Assembly (NCBI RefSeq): GCF_963921235.1
Contig: NC_086097.1
Span: 64,792,001-64,856,000 of the forward strand
Origin: Mobula hypostoma
Lineage: Eukaryota
Reading direction: 5' to 3'
Length of the DNA stretch: 64,000 nt
Of the stretch, positions 23,926 through 37,602 are shown one piece after another; the first letter of the stretch is position 1, and each line of letters starts with the position of its first letter. Position numbers and translations under genes: made by a program. The notes beneath the pieces are model-generated. The model saw only the letters and a list, made by a program, of their open reading frames with translations, ran no database searches and was not told where the DNA came from.

Positions 23926-25751
23926 AATATTTGAATTTGGTGCTCAGCTATCATTTTGTTGAATGGTGGAGCAGGCTTTAAAAGTAAGAGATCCACTCCT
24001 ATTTCCATTTCTAATGTTCTTATGTAAGAGGAACTTTAAGAACAAAGTGTGCCATGTGATATGTTGTTGGTATTTTTGTTATACTCAACCTTGTTGTTTC
24101 GTTGAGTGTTACTGTTTTCAATATATCTCTATGCATGTTTTTCATGCAACAACAATGGGGGAAACCCATAGATACTACACAAAGCGATGTTCCAGAACAG
24201 AAAAATCAATCATGAGCTTCAAACTTACACAAAGAGCACACTATCTGTAGTCTGATAAAAGGTTGCATAATTATAAATTTAACAGATCCTAGTTCCAAAA
24301 ATCTTCCCTAACCATTTCCTGTTATTATTTCAGTATATTTAACTCTACTGCTCCATACCAGGAAAAGCTTTAGTGTGATAAAATATCCTGGGGTACTTCA
24401 TAGGAGTATCACTGGACAGAAAATCATTTTAGAAAAAGGTGATAAAGGCTGGGTCAAAGAGCTAAAGTTCATGGGAAAGTTTTATATTAGAATAAACCTA
24501 GCAATGTGGAAGTTTGTATCTACTGACTATAGGCAGCACTACTAATTATGGATGGAAGAAAGGAGACAAAGGTGAGATTGTTGAGATGTCAGAATTGTTG
24601 GAGGGCTATAACGTTTTAGAAAGTATTAATGAGAGAAACCACAGATAAAATGAACAAAAGAATTAGAAATTTAAAATGTTATTGTAAGTTAGTAGGCAAA
24701 GGGTAAAAAAACCAGTGCAAGTTGGCAGTAGAGTTTTGGATTAACTGAAGGTTGTGAAGATGGGATGCCAGCCAAAAGACTATGGCAGTTATCAAGAGAG
24801 TGAACAAAGACATGAACGAGTGTTTCATTGAAGCTACTGGCGGGTTAAGGTAGAGATCATTATTTTTTAATATTTGGTGGGATCTAGGCATCATGAATAA
24901 GTGCAGGGCATTGCTTGCACATCCTAAGTGCCCTTGAGAAAATGGTGTCTAGCCACCTTCTTGAAACGCTACAGTCAATCTGACGAAGGTACTCCTGTAA
25001 TACCATTATGGAGAAAGTTCCGAGAATTACATAATGAACAACCAGCAACATTTCCAAATTTTGAATTTTGAAACATTCCGAATTTGCTTATTTTTTTTCC
25101 AATTTCTACTCCCTCTGCCCCTATCTTATATACTTATTTAATCTATTCATATTGTTTTGCAGATTCTTTATAATCTTCTTACACCCTCAATATTTAGTGA
25201 ATTATCAGCAGACTTGGATTTGTTGCCTCAACCTTTTAATCTTGAGATATTAATATAAATTGTGAATAATTGAGAGCTTTGCATTGATGCCCAAGTCATT
25301 TAACAACGCTGTCAAATTTTTAAATAACCTGTGTATAACTTCTATGTACAAAGCTTAGCATATTAGTTCTATTTTTATATCAACATTAAGCAATGAAACA
25401 ATTCTCATAAGAATTTAATATTTATACAGTTGCCTACAGTTTGAAGAATTATGATTCTATAAATGAAATTGTTTAAAAAACTCTACGATTTTCTTAATAA
25501 TTGGAATGTATAATGTTCAAAACATGGTCTTCAGTAATGCTAAATCTTAGGTTTCCACAAAAAAAAACAATTTATCTACTGATTATCTATTTTCAAAGCT
25601 TTTACTTACAGATTTCAGCCTGGAGTGAATGAAAAATCTATGAAGAGAAAATGTTAGACATTGCTTGTCTCCATCCGTGCATTCTGAACAAGAGAAATGT
25701 GTTTAGGCAGTGTCAATACATTAACTAAGGTCATGAGCTTAAACCTCAAAA

Positions 25752-26015
25752 CAGGGCGCCACTGTAAAGTAGCAGTTAGTACGACTCTATGACAGCTTGG
25801 GTTGTAGGAGTGTGGAGTTCAATTCTGGTGCTATATGCAAGGAGTGTGCACGTTTTCCCCATGAACATATAGGTTTCCTTCGACATTCCAAAGACATACC
25901 GATTAACAGATTAATTGGTCATTGTAGATTATCCTCTGATTAGGCTAGGATTAAATAGGTGGATTGCTGGGTGGTGTGGCTCGTTGGTCCAGTTCTGCTC
26001 TGTCTCTCTAAATCA
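25752..26015 (+). mobile_element. HE1/V-type tRNA-derived SINE
   Basis: tRNA-like head (gtagcagttag, gagttcaattc), V-domain-like ggagtgtgcacgttttcccc...ggtttcc...tccaaagac, and an A-rich end. Confidence 0.7.
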
Positions 26016-26584
26016 AAAAAAAATTAATTCATCACTATTGACAACCTCATTCAGAATGGCTGTATATTACCCTGCCTGGACTGAAGCATGGAAATGTACT
26101 ACCTTTAAACTGGTTGTTTTAAAATTTTCCATTCCAGAGAATTAAAATTCCTCACCTCAGTAGGTGTTATTCAATCAATCTAATTCCCAAATGTGAGTCC
26201 CTCATTTTACAATTTCAATGACTCTGTGTGATTCAAATTTTCCATTGCTGTCCATGTCTTCATAGGTTGATTTTCATTTTATTAATCAAAGTATACATGT
26301 ACAATACAACTCTGATATTTGTTATACAACTCCAGATAGCCAATAAATACAGTTGATGAAAGGCATCAATGAAAAAGGAAATAAACAGGCAAAAAATGCA
26401 GAATGGATCAGTTAATTGCTTTCCCATCTGCTTGTAAACTGGGAAAATTAAGAGCATTTCCTATCAGTCAACAAACCAAAGCTCTCCAGTTATTGATCTA
26501 CTTTTTCTACCTCATCAACCCATGAATCAATGAACCCATGAATGCTAACTCACTATTCCTCTTTTGCACTGTTATTTATTGAAT

Positions 26585-26890
26585 GAGAGTCAAAATCAGG
26601 TTTCTCATCACTGACGTATGTCTTGAAATTTGTTGTTTTGTGGCAGCAGCACAATGCAAGACATAAAACTACACCTGAGTTACAAAAATAAATAAATAGT
26701 GAAAAAGAGGAATAAGGAGGTAGTATTCGTGAACCATTCAAAAATCTGATGTTAGAAGGGAAGGAGCTATTGCTAAAACATTGATTGTGGATCTTCAGGT
26801 TCCTATGCCTCCTCTCTGATGGTAGTAATGAGAAGATTGTATGTTCCAGGTGGTGGGGGTCCTTAATGATGGGTGCCCCCTTCTTGAGTC
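26585..26890 (-). mobile_element. Rex1/Babar 3' fragment
   Basis: Tail aatcaggtttctcatcactgac...gcagcacaatgc plus ggtggggtccttaatgat, matching the other Rex copies. Confidence 0.7.
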
Positions 26891-29800
26891 CTGGTCTTTT
26901 GTAACTTGATTAACCTGATTCTGATTATGGTTCTGGTTTGGACATCCATAGAGAATAGTATCCTCCATTAAATTCTCCACTTGCCAGCCTCATTGTCCAC
27001 CAGTAGCCCATGATCTTTCCTTGCTCCATAATTGCTTTGGTTTCTTCTTTGATCATTGCACATGCTCCCATGATCCCTCCACAATTCTCAACAATTGTCC
27101 TTTGATCTCTGTGACCTGAGATACTCATCAATTGCAGCTGAAGAAGGAGGCCAGCTTATTTGACCAGCAGTCAAACTCAGTTTCATTCCCTACGATTAGG
27201 AAACAGACTTGATCAACATAATTATTAAATGCAGCAGTGTCTAAGAAAAAAACCCTGCTCTTTTGAGTTTTCAGCTGGAAAATATTGTGGGCTGTAAATC
27301 TGCATTAAGTATCACATTGTAGTGATAACCTTGGAGTAGCTCAGTTTAAAACTATCTGTACTGCATAAAAACAATAGCCTGAAAAGCAGAATCGAGAGAG
27401 TTGATTCTCTGTATGTAAATTATACTCAACAGGAAATTTTGAGCATGTTCTATAGTGTTTCCTAGGGAAGTACTAGCTGTTGAGAAATTGGTATAAATAT
27501 TTTCTGTTATGATTCATCCTTATGCTGGAGTAATTTCCCCCTTTTTTTTAAGCACATAATGATGTCATCAATAAGTATTATTTACTCAGCAGAAACTGGC
27601 TTTTAACGGTCATACAACTCAGCAAGAGTACACCGCATTTTCAGTGTATGATTTAAATTGACTTGATGGAATATAATGCTATCTGCTTAAAATCATCCCC
27701 TCTTTTTCTTATTTCTATAAATAACTCTTGCTGGCAGCCCTCCATATAGATTGAGGATTCTGTGAACAGAAAACCATTGCTTACACAATCTGTGATCCAT
27801 TGGGTTACTACAACCCATGGGGAATTTAGGAACAGCCATGGTAATTGGGTACACCATACTTAGTTTGATGGATGCATCAGTTAATATGCACCTATTGCAC
27901 CCCACCCCCCACCTGGGACTGCCATAGAGATAATAACTTTAACAGGCTGATCTATTTTCCATGTACCGCGTACAGTGTGCAAACAACATCCGTTGTTGCA
28001 TGTCCAGAAAGCCACTGTGTGTGTGTGTGTGTGAAGTACACAGGTTGGATTCTAACAAATATTAGCAACAGTAAATCACAATACTACTTCCTTAAGGTAA
28101 GAATTCCTCACTTTTTATTAACTCTGATTTGACATGTAGCACACCAAACCCAATTTTGGCTTAGCCAAATAAAACAGCCCATGTTTCAAGTTTTTTGTTG
28201 TTTTTATATTTCTTTACAATGAGTAGGAACCTGATATATTTGGGTTGCCTCCTCTCCAAAAAGGCAGTATTCCTTGTTACAGTGTTTAAAACTTCCCAAA
28301 TTATTGAACTATTTTTTTGTTTATTATTGTCTTGGTTTTTGTATTCTACTCTTTTGAAATAAAACCTTAAATTTCCCAAGTTAATTTTACAACTTAAACA
28401 ACCTGAGACAATGACATAACAATTCATGCTCAGTGGTATATGCTGAATTCACAGAAGAGGATCCATTTTGTATTCTGCAGAGCACAATAATTTTTCATAT
28501 TACAGATTTGGCACAATAGACCAAAATATATTTCTAGTCTGCTCTATTTAATATCCTTTGAACTTGTATCTTATCTTCCACAGCACTTAAGCCTGCTTCC
28601 ATTCATAATAGAACATTTGCCGTGTTTTAAACAACATCTTAAACAGCACCTTATACCTACTTACTGAAATACGTCAGTCTTTTTTTGGATTTTGCTCTAT
28701 TTTATATTTACATTAATCCTTGAAAGAATTAACTATATCACCTTTGTTAGGTTTCATTGGAAATTTAAAAATCATGTTGTCTTGGGCACTGTATTTCAAA
28801 TGGTAAATACTGTACAGTATAAAGATGTAGACTCTGGGCTGAACCCTACAGAAGGCTTACCTCATAAGCATTTTGAAAAACAACCGAGCTCCTATATACT
28901 CTCATCTTTATGATCCACTTCTTTAACAGTATAGACATTTGTCTAATAAATGTTCCTTGAATATTCTGCAATTGTTTTTCTCTTTTTGCAGATATTTTCC
29001 AATTTTAAGAACTTTATTAGCATGTTTGCTAAATAGATATTCATTGCATAATTTCCTCAACAAATGTTTTACTCATTAGTAACAATGTGATTGCTTGTGG
29101 CATTATACCATATATTCTTCAGGTGAAACAGCAGCAACAATGACTGTTGCCATGGAATCAACTTTCTTGATGACTATATCTCACTACTTTCCCTTCTTCC
29201 TTTGAAGCTGTCTTTAAGTTCTACCTCTAATCAATTTTTAACTGCTCTTCTAGGTATATTCTGGTTCAGCACAAAGGCATTGGACTCTTCTTGTAGAACC
29301 CCACCATTAGACTCTAGTGACAATATAATTCCACTTTCATTAGCTATCACTTAGTATACTGGCTTATGTTTTGGCAAATTAGTGTGAAGTATAAAATTCC
29401 ATTCTGCACATCTCTGTAAAATTATCTTCCTTGTATGCCTTATTACATGGAGTACAGCAGCTCTATAAACTCCACTCATGCTCTCAGCTTAATGACTACA
29501 ACAAAATACATTGGGGCAGATGGAAGGATGTTGTTGTCACTTTCAATTTAGCCATCTATGTGGTAAACCAGTTATACAAAAAGTTTGATTTTATTCCATT
29601 GAAATCATTGGTTCAGATGAAGAAGGGGAAATGTTTAGCATGTTAAATTATTCCCATTATCACATGTATTTTAGGCTAGATATTCTCCAAAACTATAAAA
29701 TTACAAGAGCATGAACTCTTTATTATCTTAAGCTGATGAAATGGATATTATGTCATAGTCAGTGGAATTCATTATTAAATAATTTATATTATATGGGAAT

Positions 29801-30279
29801 TTATCATAATTAATTTAAAATGTAAAGGTAAATGTATAGATATCTTGCCTAAAATATCTTCTTATCCATAACCATTATGTGTTATGAAAACATAATTAAC
29901 TTTATCTATGTATTAACCTAACAAAATTATTTTTCACCAATTTCTTAACAGGATAAAAACAGAATCAAAAAAAGTGTCCATATTATTCAAGGAATAAATT
30001 AATACAACCTGTTACATCTGTGAATTTGGCTACCAATGCTACTCCAATCCCCAAAGAGTTAACAACATTATAATTGAAAAGCTGCTTTCTTTTCCCTTTG
30101 TCTTCCAGCCAATCTCTTCTAGCCAATTATAGGGAATACTTGTTCATTTTTTTCTGCATGAAACATTGTTCAATGTCTTTCCCACTGCCCTCTTCCAAAT
30201 CCCACATAAATATTGGGTCTAGAATATGGAAGTTTGACAGGTTGTAATAAACTGTTTTTTCAGGTATCCTGTGCTTTTT

Positions 30280-30570
30280 GGCTTTTATGTGTGAATGGGA
30301 AATGGCTGAAGGCACCTGTGTTGATTGCAGGTCCCATAGGCAGCTGCTCAACTAATGAATGGCTGATTATGTGCTAACATGCTTTGTCAGATATTGGCAG
30401 AGTTCATTCTGTTCTCTTTTTTGCCTTTTCAGTAAGGGGTGCCATTGACAGACGGGTTACCATTTATAAAAATGTTGTCCATCAAGCTGAGGAAAGACAA
30501 TGCTGTTTTCTGTAGCCAGTGACTGTGGGAAACTTTCTTTTGGCTATTCAAGCAATTTTAGTTGCTTACA
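30280..30570. promoter_or_regulatory. Candidate conserved non-coding enhancer
   Basis: Non-repeat sequence with clustered CACCTG/CAGCTG E-boxes, TGACAG, ATTTATAA, ACAATG and TGTGGGAA motifs. Conservation has not been tested. Confidence 0.3.
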
Positions 30571-31619
30571 TAGGTTAAAGCTGAACGATGAGTACAAAAA
30601 AAACTATAATTAGGAAAAACGTATGCTGATAATTATAACCGAGTCAGTGTGTTGGTCTAATTTTATGCAATTGCAAAAGGCCTGTTTTATAAAGCAGCAA
30701 TAGAATTCAACAGGATAGTTAAATCAATAGGGCTGTACCCATATCTTATAATGTGTGCAATTTTTGTTTTAAATTAACTTTGTTAAGCAGCACTGGGGGA
30801 GAAATCTAACTTGTCCTGCTCTATTTGTACCTGTAAAATAGGAAGTCAGCAGTGAAAATGGAGCCACACCACTATTAAGCAAGTACCACCTGAGGCCACA
30901 TTCAAGAGAGCATATTAATGGAAGAACAGACCGCCCGCTTACAACAGGAGCATGGCTGCCAATACCAATTTAGGGCCCTCTAATAATTATAGGACCATCA
31001 ATACAATATCCTGGCACAAATGGATGTCAGTTGATTGATTCACACTTTGAGCAATCAAACAGATAGCTGGTAAAATAACTGTTGGGAACTGTTTTAAAGA
31101 GTTCCAGAAAATTCACACATCTTAATTTTGCAGAATGTGGAAAGCGGGAGTTCTCCCCTGGGTCCCAGAAATATACTCCATGTATTGTCATCCAAAACTC
31201 AACCTGCTGGTTGCTTCAGCATCAGAACTGGTAATTTCTTACAATCTCTGACAGGTCAATTACAGCAGACCAGGCGCAGTTAAGTAAGATCCAAATCAAT
31301 GCTTTGTCCTGGGGGTCAGTACAATGTTTTTGGCACAAACTGAATGGCTGCATTATGTGCACTAGGATTCACCATCAATGGATCCTGCTGCAATTCCCTG
31401 CCTAACAGTTTTGCCTGGTATGTTCACATCTGCAGTGCTTCAGAAAGGCAGCTCACTTATCTACCTTCTCAATGGCAATTCGGCATAGGCAACTAAATGC
31501 TGGCTGAACCTGCAAAGTCCATATTCCTTGAATGATCTAAAAAGATCGCCCTGTCTCATCATCCTTACTCCCCAGGTTCACCTCAAGCCTACAATGGCCT
31601 GGTATAAGTGCTTGTTGAT

Positions 31620-32790
31620 GTCAAAGTCTAAGTAAGTTTATTACCAAAGTACATGTAATATATGTTACCATATACGATCTTGAGATCCATTTTATTGCAG
31701 GCATTCACAAGGAAATAAAGAAATACAATAAAATTTATGAACACCTATACAAAATAACAAAGACTGACAAACAACCAATGTGCAAAAGAAGGCCGATCAT
31801 ATAAAAGAATAAATAATACTGAGAACATGGCTATAAGAGTCCTTGAAAGTGAGTCTGTAGGTTGTGGAATCAGTGTAGCATTGTAATGAGTGAAGTTGTC
31901 CATGCTAGTTCAGGAGCCTGATAGTTGTAGGATAATAGCTGTTCCTGAACTTGGTGTTGTGGGAACTGAGGCTTCTGTACCTCCTACCCGATGGCAATGA
32001 CAAGAAGAGAGCATAGCCTGGATGGTGGGGATCCTTGATTATGGACAGTACTTTCTTGTGCAATGCTCCATGTAACTGTGCTCATTGGCGGGGAGGGCTT
32101 TGGCTGTGATGGACCGAACTGCATCAATCATTCTCTGTACATTTTCCTGTTCCTTGACATTGGTGTTTCCCTACCAGGCCATGATGCTGCCAGTTAGGAC
32201 ATTCTCCACTGTGCATCTATACAAGTTTGTTATAGGTAACATGCCAAATTTATGCAAACTTCTAAGAAAGTAGAGGCACTGTTATGCTTTCTTTGTGCTG
32301 TCACTTATGTACTGATCACAGGACAGATCCTCTGACGTGATCTTGCCAAGGAATTTAAAGTTACAGACACTTTCTATCTCCGATCACTAATGAGGGCTGG
32401 TTCACGGACTTGGGGCTTCTTCCTCCTGTAGTCAATAATCATCTCTTTGGTTTTGCTGACTTTGAGAGAGAAGTTGTTGTTGTGGCACTACTCAACTAGA
32501 TTTTCAATCTCTCTCCTGTATGCAGATTCATTGCCACCTTTGATTCCACCAACAACAGTAGTGTCATCAGCAAACTTAAATATAGCATTGGGGCTGTACT
32601 TAGTGACACAGACATAGGTACAAAGTGAGTAGAGCAAGGGGCTAAAGTGAGTAGACCCTATGGTGCACCTGTACTGATGGTGATCATGGAGGATATGTGC
32701 TGTCAATTTATACTGACTGGGGTAAGTGAAGAAGTCGAGAATCCAGTTGCACAGGAAGGTATCGAGGTCCAGGCTCTAGAGCTTAGTAAT
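31620..32790 (-). mobile_element. Rex1/Babar LINE RT and 3' end
   Basis: SPLLYSLCT...IFKFADDTTVVGGIKGGNESAYRREIENLVE; the tail is shared with 10436-10925. Confidence 0.88.
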
Positions 32791-33339
32791 GCATTCAACC
32801 ATCCAGAGCTTCTCATTCTCAGAGTCGGGTAACAATATAGAGTAAGGGCACACCTAGACTTGGGCTTCTTAAGTGATTGGCAGGGATGTTTAAAAAGAGT
32901 TCAATATTTTTTTTAAATACTGTACAAAATTGTAACACCTTAAAATATGCTCACCAGTGGGAGGTGGTGCTTTAGCACTGCTGGCCCACCACCTCGAGGG
33001 AGTCTTGACCATAAGCGGGCTGAAACTCCTGAAGACAGGTGGCAGATCAACTGATGATCCCACTGGTGATAGCACAGGACAGTTAACATCTTAGTCCACG
33101 TGTATTTTTAACTCTGAGTAAATAATTAACACTAAAACAAATAATAAAATTTAATGTTCATGATTTACTCAACAAAAAACAAACTTGCCTTTCTCTTCTT
33201 AATCTTTGGGTCAGGAATCCCCATTCGGATAAATGGTTTCGCTGATTCTGGTTGGCATATGACAGGAGAGGCAGATTCAGCAGTGTGGTGCAGCTCTAGC
33301 ACAGTCGGACTTTGTATTGCATGCCATACAGAGTGAATT

Positions 33340-33945
33340 TAGGGGTAAGAGGGGAGCCGGAATGGGAAATGGAAAAAGAAAGGATTGGAGGGCGGAAATT
33401 ACCAGGTTAGAGAAAGTTTGAGTCCTGACAAGGGATTCCAGCCCGAAACGTTAACTGATCATTTCCATGGATGCTGCCCGACCTGTTGAGTTCCTCCAGC
33501 GTGTTGTGAGTGTTACTTAGAGAAAGTGATGTTCATACCATCAGGTTGGAGGCTTAGCCAATTGCTTTTACCCCTTCCCATTTACCCTTTCTCTTCACCT
33601 CACCTGCCTTTCACCTCCCTCTGTTGGCCCACTTCCTTCCCTTTCTCCCGTGGTCCACTCTTCTCTCCTATCAGAATCCTTCTTCAGCCCTTTACCTTTT
33701 CCACCTAACACCTCCCAGCTTCTCACTTCCTACCCCTTCCCTGAGCCACCTATCTTCCCCCTCAGCTGGCTTCACCTATTACCTTTCTTGTTTGTACTCC
33801 TTCCCTTCCCCCACCTTCTTATTCTGGCTTGTTCCGGCTTCTTTTCCAGTCTTGATGAAGGGTCTCAGCCTGAAATGTTGACCCTTTATCCCTTTCCATA
33901 GATGTTGCCTGAACTGCTGAGCTTCTCCAGTATTTTGTGTACATG
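33340..33945. mobile_element. Older head-to-head Penelope 3' fragments with a nested 99-bp hammerhead unit
   Basis: Minus arm about 33340-33556 (gatgttcataccatcaggttggaggct, as at 12218-12245). Plus arm about 33557-33945 ends in agtcttgatgaagggtctcagcctgaaatgttgac...tattttgtgt. Confidence 0.75.
33418..33516 (+). mobile_element. 99-bp hammerhead-plus-tail insertion with 11-bp TSD
   Basis: ttagagaaagt occurs at 33407-33417 and 33517-33527. The insert begins ttg-agtc-CTGACAA-gggattccagccc-GAAA-c-GTT-aact. Confidence 0.8.
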
Positions 33946-35147
33946 CGTTCAGTTATTTCTCTTTTTGATAATTTTAACTTGTATTGATGTAATGCTAAGT
34001 ATTAACTGTTATTACAATTTTATGAGCATTCTGCATACTAGTCCTTAATTTTATCCCTTGCAGATGTGACACAAAGAATTGGCTTTGTTTTGGTTTAATT
34101 TATTAGAAATTAACATTGGGAATAGTAATGGTGTGAATTGTTGAGTAAATCGTGGCACTATTTACTGGAATAGATAAATTGACGACAAGTAAAAGTATTG
34201 TGTTTGATAAGTTAAGCATACCAATGATGCATTAATTGAGAGAAGCTTCACTTTACTCAAGCTGTCAGGGAGCTGTACTAATTTATTCAAACTAGGAAAA
34301 GCAACACTGACTAGAGAGAAAATAAATCAGTGAATTAATTGTTCTCACATATTTCCTAATGAATGCCTGGAGTGTCATTAGTGAACTTTCGATAGGAAAA
34401 CAATTTCTATTACATGGAAATCAAAAGAGAAAATTTTGCAGTGATGTTTACTTACAATTATGATGGGTAATTGTTTAAAAAAACACATACAAAGCACATT
34501 TGAAGATGCAAGGTTACAGTGTTCCATGACATTGCAAAAGATAGCTATTGTAACAACTATCAACTTAAGAGTATTAAAAGTTACGTCAGCTCTTAAGCAA
34601 TTACCTGCTAGGGCTCATGATTAAGAGGAGCATTGCAATGACACTATGGAAAGAATGAGACAATCAGCCTTATAGACTAAATGATAAGGAGGGATGTAAA
34701 TTTCTTACGAGGGAAAAAATAAATCCTACCTAATGTAATATTAAAGACTCTTAGGGACAACATATTAATTGAATAGCAGCTCTTAAGTCTCCCAGTTTTT
34801 GACTTACTCTTATCATTTTTGAATATCATGTTAATGATGTGTTTTAGTGGTTGTTGCTGATACAATGTATCGGCAGGGTGCTGAACCTGTTAAGCTTTAA
34901 ATGGTAACAGATGTTTGTACATGCTACAGGAGAATAGAAAACAGTTCAGCTCAGTGATCTCTGAGGAACTGCCTGTGAAAAAGCAAAGGAAATGCGTTTT
35001 TCCTTTCTTTCTAAATTCTACCTGATTCAAAGCTTAACAAGGGAAGATTTGAAATATCAGGTCATCTTCATTCGAAAATGGTAGAGATTCAATAGAAATA
35101 GTTACTCTACTTAAGAAATCAGTGTTGAGAAGGTCATCACTCTGAAA

Positions 35148-37196
35148 ATAAGACCATAAGACATAGGAGCAGAAATAGGCCATTTGGCCCATCGAGTCTG
35201 CTCCACCATCCAATCATGGTTGATACTTTTTCCCCCTCCTCAGCCCCATTCCCTAGCCTTCTGCCCGTAACCTTTGATGCCGTGGCCAATCAAGAACCTA
35301 TCAATCTCTGCCTTAAATACACCCAACGACCTGACCTCCACAGCTGCCTGTGGTAACAAATTCCACAAATTCACCATTCATTGGCTAAAGAGATTTCTCC
35401 ACATCTCTGTTTTAATTGGACACCCCTCTATCCTGAGGTTGTGCCCTCTTGTCCGGGACTCCCCCACCATGAGAAACATCCTTTCCACATCTACTCTGTG
35501 CAGGCCTTTCAAAATTCAAAAGGTTTCAATGAGATCTCCTCCTCATCCTTCTAAATTCCAGTGAGTACAGACCCAGAGCCATTAAACGTTCCTCAAATAA
35601 GTCTTTCATTCCCAGAATCATCTTTGTGAACCTCCTCTGAGCACTCTCCAGCGTTATCTTTTCTTAGATAAAGAGCCCAAACTGTTCACAATACTCAAGG
35701 TGAGGCCTCACCAGTGCCTTATAAAGCCTCAGCATCACATCTCTGCTCTTAAGTTTTAGACCTCTTGAAATGAATGCTAACATTGCATTTGCTTTCCTCA
35801 CCACTGACTCAACCTGCAAGTTAACCTTCAGGATGTTCTGCACAAGGACTCTCAAATCCCTTTGCACCTCAGATTTTTAGATTTTTCTCCCCATTTAGAA
35901 AATAGTCTGCACATTTATTTCTTCTACCAAAGAGCATAGCATTGCATTTTCCAACATTGTATTTCATTTGCCACTTTCTTGCCCATTCTCCCAATCTGTC
36001 TAAGTCCTTCTGCAGCCTACCTGTTTCCTCAACTTTACCTGCCCCTCCACCAATCTTCGTATCATCTGCAAACTTGGCAACAAAGTCATCTATTTCATCA
36101 TTGAAATCATTGATAGACAGCATAAACAGAAGTGGTCCCAACACCAACCCCTGCGGAACATGAATAGTCACTGGCAGCTAACCAGAAAAGGATCCTTTTA
36201 TTTCCGCACGCTGCCTCCTACCAATCAGCCAATGCTCTAACCATGCTATTAACTTTCCTGTAATACCATGAGCTCTTTACTTGGTAAGCAGCCTCATGTG
36301 TGGCACCTTATCAAAGGCCTTCCAAAAATACAAATATTCAACATGCACTGCATTCCCTTCATCTATCCTACTGTAATCTCCTCAAAGAATTCCAAAAGGT
36401 TCATCCGACACGATTTTCCCTTAAGGAGACCAAGCTGACTTTGTCCTATCTCGACCTGTGTCACCAAGTACTCCATAACCTCATCCTTAACAATTGACTC
36501 TAACAGCTTCCCAACTACTGAGGTCAGGCTAAGTGATCTATAATTTCCTTTTTGCCACCTCCCTTCTTTCTGGAAGAGTGAAGTGACCTTTTCAATTTTT
36601 CATTTCTCTGGAATCATTCCAGCCCAATGATCATTACTAATGAAAGATCATTACTAATGCCTCTACAACCTCTCCTGATATCTCTTTCAGAACTCTAGGG
36701 TGCAGTTCATCTGATCGGAGTGACTTATGCACCTTTAGGTCTTTCATCTTTTTGAGCACTTCTCCCTTGCAATAGTAACTACACTCACTTTTCTTCTCTC
36801 ACACCTTCCAATACCTGGCACACTGCTAGAGTCTTTCACAGTGAAGAATAATGCAAAAATACTCATTCAGTTCACTGGCCATCTCCTTGTCCCCCATTAT
36901 TATTTCTCCTGCCTCATTTTAGCGGTCCTATATAGATTCTCATGTCACTCTTACTTTTTTATATACTTGGAAAAGCTTTTTCTATCCATCTTGATATTAT
37001 TTGCTAGCTTGCTTTCATATTTCATCTTTTCCCTCCTAATGATTCTTTTAGTTGCTTTCTGTAGGATTTTAAAAGCTTCCCAGTCCTCTAACTTCCCACT
37101 ATCTTTTGCTTTGTTGTATGCCCTGTTTTTCACTTTTACATTAGCTTTGACTTCCCTTGTCAGCCACCATTGTACGATTTTGCCATTTGAGAATAC
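35148..37196 (-). mobile_element. CR1 LINE RT and 3' end
   Basis: VPQGLVLGPLLF...KFADDTKIGG and LYKALVRPHLEYCEQF; tail ataagaccataagacatagg. Confidence 0.92.
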
Positions 37197-37231
37197 ATAC
37201 TGAATTATTTAAATTACATCAAGTAAATAAT

Positions 37232-37439
37232 TTTTGTTGTTGTTCCTGTCTGCAACTTGTGGTGCATCGGGCAGCAACCTTGATGTTTCTCCAGCATTTG
37301 TCTGTTTTTTATGAGGCTGAGTTGCCAGCTCGATGCTCAACCCAGCACAGATGGAAGGAGCACAAGGAGCCAGCTGCATTTGAACCTGGGACCACCCGCC
37401 TCGAAGTCCGGTGCAGATGTCACTACATAACCTGCCGGC
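37232..37439 (-). mobile_element. tRNA-derived SINE with (caa)n tail
   Basis: Reverse strand reads gccggcaggttatgtagtgac...ggttcaaatgc (A/B boxes)...ttgagcatcgagctggcaactcagcctc...aacaacaacaa. Confidence 0.7.
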
Positions 37440-37460
37440 TGAGTAATAACTAATGTTGAT

Positions 37461-37602
37461 AAAATACATTAAATGCAATGCACAATGTCATGTTGGACAG
37501 AGATGGAGTGCTGCAACTGTAGGACATTGGAAAATACATTAAATGCAATGCACAATGTCGTGTTGGACAGAGATGGAGTGCTGCAACTGTAGGACATTGG
37601 AA
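37461..37602. repeat. 70-bp tandem duplication
   Basis: 37461-37530 and 37531-37600 are identical except a/g at 37490/37560. Confidence 0.95.

Noticed and set aside
24420..25060. Old L2/CR1-like relics (also about 52620-52930 and 56620-56970)
   Set aside because: Probably real, but too degraded to assign a family or boundaries by eye.
28040..28102. Strong plus-strand donor AAG|GTAAGA, and isolated acceptors at about 25611, 28991, 34063 and 53954
   Set aside because: No consistent open, recognisable exon chain could be built. Such sites are expected by chance, though a lncRNA cannot be excluded.
37461..37602. CRISPR-like array
   Set aside because: It is two adjacent copies without spacers in eukaryotic DNA, a simple tandem duplication.
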